A stretch of 53,092 nucleotides of DNA, taken from the UHGV virus genome UHGV-0147375. One strand, 5' to 3'. Below are positions 1 through 8,556 of this stretch, piece after piece (within the stretch, counting starts at the first letter, position 1; each line of letters starts with the position of its first letter). The notes beneath the pieces are model-generated. The model was not told where the DNA came from, did no database searches, and was given only the letters and a program-made list of their open reading frames with translations. The translations under genes and the position numbers were made by a program. This stretch comes from a virus.

Positions 1-223
1 TTTTTTTTTTGCGGATATTTGTGGGACTAAGGCAGGGTTTTTTTCGTTCCCATCCAGACCCCCACCCCCATCCATTTTTAACAGCGGAATCATTCAAGCT
101 ATAACAACCGCCATTCATCCGCATTGGCTATAATTTCCTGTATTTATTCGCAAAATGATAGTTATGCGAATAGTTTTAAATCAATATCTTGTGTCAAGTG
201 TTTATTTTAAACTAGATATTGAT

Positions 224-847
224 TTATTCGTTGCCGCTGTCCGTCAATCTGTCTGTACCTTGTACAATTTCAACAGTTTTAACCTCGTTTAGTCTCGGAA
301 GTTCGGCAGCGGATAGGGCAGTTCGGTGTCTGTTAGCATCCGGCGCATATGGACTATTCCATCCGTAGAAGTGGTTGAGAATCGCAATCACACCGACAGG
401 ATTCTGTTTGCCTGTCGCTAATTTACCTGATAAACTTTCCAGCCTTGTATCTACCAGCTTTTTGTAAATAGGGAAGGCTTTATTACTTAATTTTTTATTA
501 TTATGACCCCATTCTTCTATGGTATCTCTGCTAATACCAGTTAAATAACTAAACCCATTGATAGATACTTCTTTATCGTTCATTAAAGATAAATAAATAT
601 ATATATCACAAATATGGTCTACAAGTTCATAGTTATAGGCATTACAATTACTCATTGCTCCTATACCATTTTTGAATAGGGTATTTGATTTTAACTGTTT
701 AACATCCGGGAATACAATTTTTTTAATATACATCAGGGCAGCATTCCATATGCTTTGTGATTCCTTTGAAATATTCGTGATTCCCTTTTCAGCGCAAAAT
801 GAATCTAGGCACGCCTCAATTTCTGAATCATAAATTTTATTTTCCAT
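224..847 (-). CDS. Terminase small subunit-like DNA packaging protein
   Basis: SINGFSYLTGISRDTIEEW HTH-like segment and NPVGVIAILNHFYGW C-terminal motif resemble gp3-type TerS; same strand as and (if circular) upstream of terL; GGAGG RBS. Confidence 0.65.
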   Translation of the reverse strand: MENKIYDSEIEACLDSFCAEKGITNISKESQSIWNAALMYIKKIVFPDVKQLKSNTLFKNGIGAMSNCNAYNYELVDHICDIYIYLSLMNDKEVSINGFSYLTGISRDTIEEWGHNNKKLSNKAFPIYKKLVDTRLESLSGKLATGKQNPVGVIAILNHFYGWNSPYAPDANRHRTALSAAELPRLNEVKTVEIVQGTDRLTDSGNE

Positions 848-891
848 GCTCTGCGCCTCCTTTCTTCGTCCCGCTCTGGTAAATTAAAAAA

Positions 892-925
892 GCCACAGAA
901 AAAGATTTTACTCTCATTCTGTGGC
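892..925 (-). terminator. Intrinsic terminator-like hairpin in the terS leader
   Basis: GCCACAGAA/TTCTGTGGC 9-bp stem followed by a T-run on the - strand. Confidence 0.55.
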
Positions 926-1073
926 GTGTTGGTATCTGCGTGAAAAATTGGGTGCCGTCCTTGCCTGCCGAATCATTGACCGCAACGGCAGCAGGTCAAC
1001 GTCCGTTAAATTGTTTTTTGATTTAATCCAATCATACAAAAAATTATTCTGATTGTCAATATAAAATTAAAAA

Positions 1074-1184
1074 ACTAGTTTTTCTGTTTTTAGATTAAAT
1101 TTACTAGTTGTACTAAAATTACTAGTTAGATTTAATTACAACTATGAATTTTAAATTAACTGGTTTTGTTTTTTAATTACTAGT
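1074..1184. repeat. AT-rich region with repeated ACTAGT palindromes
   Basis: ACTAGT at 1074, 1103, 1121, 1179 and ACTGGT at 1159. Confidence 0.7.
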
Positions 1185-1272
1185 AAGATTCAATTTTAAT
1201 AAAACAGTATACAGATGCTTACATGGGGTATCGGTATCTAAAATTAGCTATACATTTTCAGATATACAGTTG

Positions 1273-1494
1273 TCAATTATCGTCTGGTACATATTCTATC
1301 AGGTGTTCTGGCTGCATATTCAACACCCTGCAAATATTGTTTAATGTTTTCATAGAAATATTAGTATCGTTTTTCTTGATTTTCCGCCATGTTTCTTGCG
1401 AAAATACACCAGATTTAATTGCAGTATATGACGTAACACCAGCCGTTTCCAATGCCTCGTAAACCGAAAATTTGAATCTAATCATATTTATCAA
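1273..1494 (-). CDS. Small XRE/Cro-C1-type HTH regulator
   Basis: SQETWRKIKKNDTNISMKTLNNICRVLNMQPEHLIEY is typical of HTH_26 proteins. Confidence 0.8.
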   Translation of the reverse strand: MINMIRFKFSVYEALETAGVTSYTAIKSGVFSQETWRKIKKNDTNISMKTLNNICRVLNMQPEHLIEYVPDDN

Positions 1495-1608
1495 TCTCCT
1501 TTCTTTTTTTCATATATCATACTATTTTTGAATAATAAGGTCAATAGGATATAACTTTTTTTAGACATAAAAATATATCTTAAAAAAGATAGAAAATTGT
1601 CAATTAAA

Positions 1609-1632
1609 ATAGCCGCCAGAAATGGCGGCTAT
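1609..1632. terminator. Intrinsic terminator hairpin
   Basis: ATAGCCGCCA-GAAA-TGGCGGCTAT perfect 10-bp stem just after the 1636-2169 stop. Confidence 0.75.
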
Positions 1633-1635
1633 AAA

Positions 1636-2169
1636 TTAAATTGTTTCCAGTCTTGCCCTTGTGAGTGTTTCGGCTCGTTTCTTTTCCTTCTCTGCGGTCT
1701 CCATTTCCATAAGCTGGGCGTATGTGGCGGCGTATTCTGGATTTGCTAGCAGCTTGCGCCGTTCCTGCTCCTCCTGTTCTTTCCGTTCCTGCCTTTCTTT
1801 CTCTCTCCTGATTTCGTCCGCCTTCCTGTTATCAAGCATGGCTTGGATATCCTCAATAGTTAGTGGTTTCAAGACGTTTTCGGGCGTTTCTGCATCGAGT
1901 AGGGGATTGGTCGATTCTGGTGTTTCTGGTTCTACAGGGGCAATCTCCGCCGCTTCTGTATCTGGTGTAGGATCCTGTATTTCTTCGGTTTCTGCGGAAA
2001 TGTCTCCCAATGATTTAAGGACGCAATCAACGACATAGTCATTGATATTTCCGATTTCAGCAGCTTCTAGGCGTTGCCTCGTTCCCTTTGGGAATCTGAT
2101 TTGTATAAAGTCGAATTTGTCCCGATAATTATTGATTGCTTTTTTGGTGTATTCAGGTGTCTTTCCCAT
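1636..2169 (-). CDS. Protein with N-terminal Arc/RHH-like DNA-binding domain, acidic linker and charged coiled coil
   Basis: KKAINNYRDKFDFIQIRFPKGTRQRL...INDYVVDCV pattern; GGAGG-like RBS. Confidence 0.55.
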   Translation of the reverse strand: MGKTPEYTKKAINNYRDKFDFIQIRFPKGTRQRLEAAEIGNINDYVVDCVLKSLGDISAETEEIQDPTPDTEAAEIAPVEPETPESTNPLLDAETPENVLKPLTIEDIQAMLDNRKADEIRREKERQERKEQEEQERRKLLANPEYAATYAQLMEMETAEKEKKRAETLTRARLETI

Positions 2170-2290
2170 ATTAAAACCTCCGTTCGTTTTCTTTTATTAT
2201 ATAACACTTTATATATGTAGTCAATATTAAATGAAGTTGTGCAATATATTGTAATATATAAAATTTTATATAATTTTTTAAAAATATGTA

Positions 2291-2319
2291 TTGACATTAT
2301 ATATAACATGATATATAAT
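2291..2319 (+). promoter_or_regulatory. Consensus sigma-A promoter
   Basis: TTGACA-17 bp-TATAAT exact; surrounded by TATATAA repeats that may be operators. Confidence 0.8.
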
Positions 2320-2364
2320 AAGACCATAGAAAACAACAGAGGAAAACCGAAAGGAGAAATAAAA

Positions 2365-2967
2365 ATGAAAAGCCAAAAAGAGTTAAAAGAAATCTATATG
2401 AATATCATTAAAAAGGAAGTTTGGAAAGGTAGTCCATCAATGCAGGAATACGCAAGAAAAACGCTTGCATATGTTGTGGAGCTGCCGGATGGAACGATTA
2501 TTGATTTTGATAAGCCTAAAATCCAGAAAGATTTCTGCTTTGGTGCCGGGATGTATGCAAGGGCAACCGAGGAAGAAATGGAGGAAGCGGAAAGAATGGT
2601 TGAACACGCCAGAACATCAGAAAACTTTTTTAAAAGAAAAAATCTGGAAGAGATTAACGGACAGATTGAAAATCTTTATCAGGCTCTTAATGGAGAATAT
2701 GAGGTTTATACTTCACTTCATTACTACGGTCAGGAAATCGGGTCACGATTAAAAAATTATAGCATTTGCCGAATTTCGCAAAATCCGGAATATGCGCCGG
2801 GATATTGAAGCAACTGTCGTGATTTGAAAAAGTGCGGAAAAGATGAGATTGAAATTATTATTTCTGGGCTTGAAGAAGTTAGAAAAGCATTCACGAAACG
2901 CATTGACACATATTTAAAGAAATACGGAACAAGCAAAGTAAACGCATGGTCGTATATCTGTGACTAA
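2365..2967 (+). pseudogene. Phage hypothetical gene interrupted by in-frame TGA at 2806-2808
   Basis: AAGGAG RBS and ATG at 2365; frame stays open for 52 codons after the TGA (SNCRDLKK...KRIDTYLKKYGTSKVNAWSYICD) to TAA at 2965-2967 followed by a hairpin. Confidence 0.7.
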
Positions 2968-3073
2968 AAAGCCAAGACCGCCATTTTGGCGGTTGGGTTT
3001 GGGATTTTGTAAAAAGGCATCCGCAGGGCTTGACGTTCTGCGGCTTTGCTGCGTAAAAGGGAGGTGCAACCAC

Positions 3074-3364
3074 ATGAAAAAAGAAAAGTTTTTCGCAGTC
3101 CGTCAGCTTGCAGGGCGAAAAAGGGAACGCGTGCAGGCGGAAGGATACAAGGTAGAACGTGGCGAATTTGTTTTTTACGTCTGCGGCTCTGGCGGTTCTT
3201 GGGGCGTGACGGAAGAAAAAAGCGGTATGTTAATAGGTGTTTACGGAAAAACGAGAAAGGAATGTATAGAAAAACTGGATTCTTTCGACCTGACAAGGCT
3301 TGAAAAATTCGACCTTGAAAAACTGAATAAGGAAATGCTTTCTCTGCCCCTCTGTGACCTGTGA
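3074..3364 (+). CDS. Hypothetical phage protein
   Basis: GGAGG RBS before ATG 3074; terminator hairpin overlaps the stop. Confidence 0.7.
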   Translation: MKKEKFFAVRQLAGRKRERVQAEGYKVERGEFVFYVCGSGGSWGVTEEKSGMLIGVYGKTRKECIEKLDSFDLTRLEKFDLEKLNKEMLSLPLCDL

Positions 3365-3553
3365 GGGGCGTTTTCTTTTTTTCGGCGGTCAATCGGTCAA
3401 GAAGAACAAAAAGCGGCTTAAATGGGCGAATACGGCTTGAAAAGATGTTAAAATTTTCGGAAAGCTATTGAAAAAAGTGCCGCACAATCTGATAATAGAT
3501 ATAAAGCAGAATGATAAAGGGGGAAAACATGGATAATTTCAAGGTTATATAGA

Positions 3554-3581
3554 ATGAGCACCGCTTGAAAGCGGTGCTCAT
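3554..3581. terminator. Hairpin terminator at end of DUF4041 gene
   Basis: ATGAGCACCGC/GCGGTGCTCAT 11-bp stem. Confidence 0.7.
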
Positions 3582-3582
3582 A

Positions 3583-5382
3583 TTACATATTCATAGATTG
3601 CCAATACTCTGTAGCAACTGGAATTTTAACAAATTGAACTGTGTCATTATAGTTTTCTTTTACTACCTTTTCAATATCATCAATGTTTACATTGAAAAAT
3701 TCTTTTCTAGGATTTACTTTGTTTACTGCTCTGTCAGAAAAATGTTTATGTAGTGATGTTTCCAGTTCATAAGCGTCGCTGCTAAAAATCATTGCATGAA
3801 CATCAAATTCAAAAGGTACAGATGCGCTACTTAATTCTTTAATTCTATCCATGGGTTCTAATCGTCTTGTTACTCCGATTTTATAAATATCTTCACCAAA
3901 AGAACCGATATTGGAAATAATATAAACATAACCCGCTCTTGCATTTGATTCTCGTTCTGATACTTTTTCTTTGTCTCCGCGTAGGATTTTTATTTTTTCT
4001 TCTAGTTCTTTAATCTTGTCAATATAGACTTGTTTTTCAGCATCAAATCTGGTTTTTTGCATATATTTCAGCATACGCCTTTGTTCTCCGATATGCTGTT
4101 GTAAATCTTTATCAATTTGCTTCCGGCGGCGATCGAGTTCTTCGCGCTCTTTGGCTTGCTGAATCATTTCTTCTTTGATTGCTCGTTGAATCTCTTTTTC
4201 TTGTCTGTATTTTAGTTCGTAAGTATAAAGGAGTGTTGCTTGTTCAAGTTTTAATTCAAGCAAATCACTTGTTATCTCTATTTCATCTAAAGAAAATAAC
4301 TCATTTATTGTGTTGTATGATTGCTGAATTTTCTTCCGACAAGCATCTATATTTTTGTTTTTTATATTCAGAATAATGTTATCACATTCGGAATTAAAAA
4401 TTCTCAATATTTGACGAACTAGTCTAACATGCATCTTTTTATTTGAATATGCTTCATCTGAGTATATGTTTACGTCGTATTCGTTTGTTCGAAGTTCTCT
4501 TTCTTCCTGCTTCAATAGAAGTAATTTATTCTTGCAATCCTCGGACGAAATACCATCATAATCAGAAAAAATATAGTATTTATCAACAAGATTATTATTT
4601 ATAATAGCTAACTCTTTTTGTATTGACAAAGCCTCTTCAGTTATACGATTTTTTTTATTAAGTTCTACTTTTTGATTCTCTATTTTTTTGTTTTTTATTT
4701 CCAACGAACTTTCTAAATTATTTATTCTTCCTTTTAATTCATTTATTTTCTTATTGTTTTCCTTTGTTATAGAAATTTTATTTTGAATAATTTCAGAAAG
4801 AGATCTGTTTTCTTTCTGACAGTCATCTAAAGACAGTTTTAAATTTCTTGATTTTTCCTCGCTATTTCTTAAATAGGACTTTAATTTTTTAATTTCATCA
4901 TTATTGTTTGAAATTGTGTCTTGCAATTTATTTTGAATGTTTTTTTGTTGCTCCAGTTCCTTTTTAAGATATGTAGCATTTAGATTTGCCTCGGTAAAGG
5001 CATCTTTATATTTTCGGGCAGTTTCTAGTTCGGAATTTTGTTTATTTATAATAGATAAAAAGCTATCGGCTCTTTCGTTTTCAGATTTTAATTCAAGTCT
5101 TAGTTTTTCTAACGATGCTTCCCTGTTTTCAATTTTTGATTCCAAAGTATCGGTTTTTACTTTTATCTTGGGATTTTCATCCTTAATCTCTATATTCTCT
5201 TTGACTATTTCATTCTTTATTTTTCTTAATTGTTTTGCTTGGAATACAAAAAGCGTTACACCTATTATGCTAGTTATACCGTATTCGTCATGGAAAATAA
5301 TTAGCAGAAAAATAACCCAAGTCGGAACAAGTACCTTAAAACTTTTGAAGTAGTCTCTAATTTTATTCATAATATGACACAT
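3583..5382 (-). CDS. Membrane-anchored coiled-coil DUF4041 / T5orf172 (GIY-YIG-like) domain protein
   Basis: Two N-terminal hydrophobic segments, long coiled coil, C-terminal AGYVYIISNIGSFGEDIYKIGVTRRLEPMDRIKELSSASVPFEFDVHA motif; visibly AT-rich. Confidence 0.85.
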   Translation of the reverse strand: MCHIMNKIRDYFKSFKVLVPTWVIFLLIIFHDEYGITSIIGVTLFVFQAKQLRKIKNEIVKENIEIKDENPKIKVKTDTLESKIENREASLEKLRLELKSENERADSFLSIINKQNSELETARKYKDAFTEANLNATYLKKELEQQKNIQNKLQDTISNNNDEIKKLKSYLRNSEEKSRNLKLSLDDCQKENRSLSEIIQNKISITKENNKKINELKGRINNLESSLEIKNKKIENQKVELNKKNRITEEALSIQKELAIINNNLVDKYYIFSDYDGISSEDCKNKLLLLKQEERELRTNEYDVNIYSDEAYSNKKMHVRLVRQILRIFNSECDNIILNIKNKNIDACRKKIQQSYNTINELFSLDEIEITSDLLELKLEQATLLYTYELKYRQEKEIQRAIKEEMIQQAKEREELDRRRKQIDKDLQQHIGEQRRMLKYMQKTRFDAEKQVYIDKIKELEEKIKILRGDKEKVSERESNARAGYVYIISNIGSFGEDIYKIGVTRRLEPMDRIKELSSASVPFEFDVHAMIFSSDAYELETSLHKHFSDRAVNKVNPRKEFFNVNIDDIEKVVKENYNDTVQFVKIPVATEYWQSMNM

Positions 5383-5516
5383 CCCCTAAATATTTTCGTA
5401 AGATAATCATACATTCGCAGATTGTTTTTTTCAATATTTTACGTCAATTTTATTAAAAATCACGTTGACATGATGATAAAATGGTGATATTATACACATT
5501 GAAAGGAGGTGTTATA

Positions 5517-5672
5517 ATGTCTCCAAGACAAAAAACAAATAGCGAGAGAACAAATGTATTTTTTTCTCCGGAAGTTATGCAGGAGTTAAGAGATTTAGCT
5601 ACGAAAAAAGGGACTTCTGTAAGCGGATTGATACGAATGATTGTTCTTGAATATTTGGACGAAAAAAAATAA
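5517..5672 (+). CDS. Ribbon-helix-helix (CopG/Arc-like) regulator
   Basis: RTNVFFSPEVMQELRDLATKKGTSVSGLIRMIV pattern; AAGGAGG RBS; TTGACA(5465)-17-TATTAT promoter. Confidence 0.8.
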   Translation: MSPRQKTNSERTNVFFSPEVMQELRDLATKKGTSVSGLIRMIVLEYLDEKK

Positions 5673-5766
5673 CGGTTGCCGCCCTGAACAAGTGAACAAC
5701 CGTTATAAAGGACCAGAGGTTTCCCACTGATAAATCTATTATATCAGTGTAGGAAATCTCTTTCAA
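5662..5766 (-). ncRNA. Candidate antisense sRNA 1 with its promoter and terminator
   Basis: - strand TTGAAA(5766-5761)-17 bp-TATAAT(5743-5738); 10-bp stem 5669-5706 followed by T-run. Confidence 0.55.
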
Positions 5767-5791
5767 GTTAAGATTGAAGGAGGTTATTGAA

Positions 5792-5917
5792 ATGAATGAT
5801 ATTATCACAATCGAAATTTGTGCGTCCAAAAAACGGACGTACAAAAAAATCAAAAAAATATTGACTTTTGGAACTCATAAATATATAATCGAATTACGGA
5901 ACTCAAAAGTGAGGTGA
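5792..5917 (+). pseudogene. Truncated ORF6N antirepressor-like start
   Basis: AAGGAGG RBS; MNDIITIE resembles the starts of the two intact ORF6N genes, then runs into a palindrome and a new promoter. Confidence 0.45.
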
Positions 5918-5922
5918 AAAAA

Positions 5923-6090
5923 ATGAGTCCAAGAACAGGCAGACCAGTAATAGGAGAGCCAAAGACAAATGATGTAAAAGTGCGATTGGATAATACAACG
6001 CATAAAAAGCTGATTGAGTATTGCGAAATGAACAATACGACAAAAGCAGAGGTAATTAGGGAGGCTCTCAAATCATTTCTGGACAAATAA
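5923..6090 (+). CDS. Second RHH (Arc/CopG-like) regulator, 55 aa, not in ORF track
   Basis: MSPRTGRPVIGEPKTNDVKVRLDNTTHKKLIEYCEMNNTTKAEVIREALKSFLDK; TTGACT(5861)-17-TATAAT promoter with GGAACTCA direct repeats at 5870 and 5898. Confidence 0.8.
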   Translation: MSPRTGRPVIGEPKTNDVKVRLDNTTHKKLIEYCEMNNTTKAEVIREALKSFLDK

Positions 6091-6192
6091 AAACAGCAAC
6101 TAATCGCTTTGGTCGGTGGATAGCTGCTGTTAAAACATGAACCCCAAACGAGGTACGCAAATATTATAGCACTGTGTACCTCGGTTTGGCAA
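6085..6192 (-). ncRNA. Candidate antisense sRNA 2 with its promoter and terminator
   Basis: - strand TTGCCA(6192-6187)-18 bp-TATAAT(6168-6163) with TG extension; hairpin 6092-6131 followed by T-run. Confidence 0.55.
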
Positions 6193-6218
6193 ATGATTTT
6201 TCGGACAGGAGGTATTTT

Positions 6219-6890
6219 ATGCAGAATGAAATGATAACCATCGAAAATACAGAAATGCAGATTAAGGAGTACAACGGTCAGAGAGTTGTGACATTCAAAG
6301 ACATTGACGCAGTTCATCAAAGACCGACAGGAACAGCGAGAAAATCTTTCAATCGCAACAAAAAGCACTTCATAGATGGAGAGGACTTTATGAAAGTTTG
6401 CGTGAACGAAATTCGTACGCACAAATTATTTGACATATCTAACAAGGCAAAAGCGGATATTACCCTTATCACAGAGAGCGGTTATCTGCTGCTTGTAAAG
6501 TCCTTCACCGATGATTTATCTTGGAAGGTACAAAGACAGCTTGTAAACGCCTATTTCAAGGTCAGAGAGGTGCAGAAAGAGCCATACTACAAAGAACCAC
6601 TCGCAGAGGATTTCACGCCCAGAGTGCCGATTGTATCTGACTGGTACGAGAGGAACAAGGGCAGGATTTACCGCTTGTGCAGATACAGCGGAAACAGCTA
6701 CAGTTATCTGTATCATTGCATCTTGACCCGACTTTCCGAAAGGTACGATTTGGATGCAGCAAGGGAGATTTACAAGAACGAGGTCGGGAAGTATCCAGAA
6801 TACCCGATTGACATTGTAAAGCACTTCCCCGAGTTAGAGCAGGATGCGGACAGATTTCTTGACTGTATCGAGCGAAGGACCTACAGGTAA
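6219..6890 (+). CDS. ORF6N-domain antirepressor-like protein
   Basis: IKEYNGQRVVTFKDIDAVHQRPTGTARKSFNRNKKHFIDGEDF...ITESGYLLLVKSFTDDLSWKVQRQLVNAYF. Confidence 0.85.
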   Translation: MQNEMITIENTEMQIKEYNGQRVVTFKDIDAVHQRPTGTARKSFNRNKKHFIDGEDFMKVCVNEIRTHKLFDISNKAKADITLITESGYLLLVKSFTDDLSWKVQRQLVNAYFKVREVQKEPYYKEPLAEDFTPRVPIVSDWYERNKGRIYRLCRYSGNSYSYLYHCILTRLSERYDLDAAREIYKNEVGKYPEYPIDIVKHFPELEQDADRFLDCIERRTYR

Positions 6891-6923
6891 AAAGGAAAGG
6901 GGGCTAATAAAAGCCCCTCAATC

Positions 6924-7238
6924 CTAAAATATTCGTTTCAATATGTAACGATTGCCGCCACAGGTTACGATTGCCTTAGAGATTTCGTCAGAAACGATTT
7001 CTGAATTGGAAATTTCCAGAACCTTTACCAGAGATATACCGACATTTTCGCAGATTCTAAAGAACGTGGACAGCCGCATATCTTCCGTTTCCTCATTGAT
7101 GATATTATACATAGCCTTGTATGATAAATCGCACTGGATGGAAAGCTGCGCAATGCTCCACCCCTTTAGAAGCATCTCGCGGCATAACTCGGATTTGAGA
7201 TTCGATATACATTGCCACGGGTTTACCCCATGATTCAC
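6924..7238 (-). CDS. XRE-family HTH protein
   Basis: GWSIAQLSIQCDLSYKAMYNIINEETEDMRLSTFFRICE. Confidence 0.7.
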   Translation of the reverse strand: MNHGVNPWQCISNLKSELCREMLLKGWSIAQLSIQCDLSYKAMYNIINEETEDMRLSTFFRICENVGISLVKVLEISNSEIVSDEISKAIVTCGGNRYILKRIF

Positions 7239-7656
7239 ACACCTTTCTATTTTGTAGTTGAATGGAAAGTTTTGCTGAATATTTGGTAGTCAACTGCAAT
7301 GGAATCCTTCTCCCCTCTGGTATAATTGGCTTGTACCTAAAAACAGGTACGCCGCAGTTCTGGTTATTGGGCGGCGTTTGGATTGGCGTTCTCGCCGCTC
7401 AATATCTATTGTAAACCTTGAAAATAAAAAGTCCATAGAGGAAAATGTAGAATTATGTAGAAAGGGCGTTAAGATTATGATAAGAAATGAAGAATGTACG
7501 GATAAAATGAACCAATTTCGCGAAGAAATTATTGATTTGGTATCTAAATTTGAGGATGTGCGCCGCCTGAGGGCGATTCGTGCATATCTCATAGCGTTGT
7601 TAGGATGATAAAAAAGAGAAAGTCAATGGATTGCGCATTTCCATTGACTTTTTTTA

Positions 7657-8037
7657 TTACTCTTTTCCGATAGAATCAACAAGTTTTTCCAATACTTCCC
7701 AATCTGATTCATTCAGCTTAGCCAGAGCAGCTACGAGCCTGCGCTTGAAACTATCTTTTCCATTTCTTTGGATTTCGCCAAGCATTTCAGAAATTTGCTC
7801 ATCTTTGGATTTAACAAACATTTCGCCAATCCCATCTGTGAGCCAATCCTCGTTTACAAACTTTCCGTTCCAAGATTCCAAACAAATTATTTTGAAAATC
7901 TTATCTGTTACTGGTCTATCTCCTTTTTCAATTTGAGATAAATAAGTCTGTGCTACTCCTATCTTCTTCCCGAAATCACTTTGATTCATTTCAAGGAATA
8001 GCCTTAATTTTTTCACGCGCTCATTTACACCATTCAA
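7657..8037 (-). CDS. CI-like XRE repressor
   Basis: ERVKKLRLFLEMNQSDFGKKIGVAQTYLSQIEKG HTH, VNEDWLTDGIGEMF motif; divergent from early operon; TTG start after GGAGG. Confidence 0.85.
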   Translation of the reverse strand: MNGVNERVKKLRLFLEMNQSDFGKKIGVAQTYLSQIEKGDRPVTDKIFKIICLESWNGKFVNEDWLTDGIGEMFVKSKDEQISEMLGEIQRNGKDSFKRRLVAALAKLNESDWEVLEKLVDSIGKE

Positions 8038-8076
8038 TGTAGACACCTCCTTTCTTGTAATATAATAACACAAGAA

Positions 8077-8147
8077 TATTGCAAATGCAATAATTTTTTC
8101 TTGACTTTATAACGCATTTGCGTTATTATGATATTGCAAACGAAATA
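8077..8147. promoter_or_regulatory. Lysis/lysogeny switch: three related palindromic operators over divergent promoters
   Basis: TATTGCAAATGCAATA (8077), ATAACGCATTTGCGTTAT (8109), TATTGCAAACGAAATA (8132); TTGACT(8101)-17-TATTAT. Confidence 0.75.
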
Positions 8148-8160
8148 AGGAGGTGAGGAG

Positions 8161-8355
8161 ATGGGAGAAAGAAAATTCGGAAAAACCATAGTGGATTTTA
8201 CTTCTAAAGGCTCTATTCAGTGTATCGCTATAGCGCATACAGAAAAAGATAGAAACGACTTACTGAAAAGAGCCTACAGAGTAATATTTGGGCCAGATAC
8301 GGAAGGAATCAACTGTTGGGTTCTGTTTCGGGAAAAATCGGAGGTCGGTCTTTAG
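8161..8355 (+). CDS. First early gene, hypothetical
   Basis: Strong AAGGAGG RBS after the switch promoter; no clear HTH. Confidence 0.55.
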   Translation: MGERKFGKTIVDFTSKGSIQCIAIAHTEKDRNDLLKRAYRVIFGPDTEGINCWVLFREKSEVGL

Positions 8356-8500
8356 ACCACTCTAAATGAATCCATCGATAGTCCGGCGGAAAACCTTCTG
8401 AAATACCGATAAATCGCCAACCGCATTTTTCATAATCTGAAATGATTTGGTTTATCTGGGATTCCGAGAGGTTATCACATTTGATGATTCGTTTTTCCAT
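8309..8500 (-). CDS. Small counter-oriented hypothetical protein (moron-like)
   Basis: AAGGAGG RBS and TG-extended TATAAT on - strand just upstream. Confidence 0.65.
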   Translation of the reverse strand: MEKRIIKCDNLSESQINQIISDYEKCGWRFIGISEGFPPDYRWIHLEWSKDRPPIFPETEPNS

Positions 8501-8556
8501 AAATTCACCTCCTTATCGTTTGATAAGGAAATTATAACACAGAAAGGAATGGTGCA

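Noticed and set aside
1..10. Leading poly-T as a biological terminus
   Set aside because: Likely a homopolymer at the assembly break; cannot be interpreted without reads
2806..2808. Genome-wide TGA recoding
   Set aside because: Many well-formed genes end in TGA with ATGA coupling, and no suppressor tRNA is present
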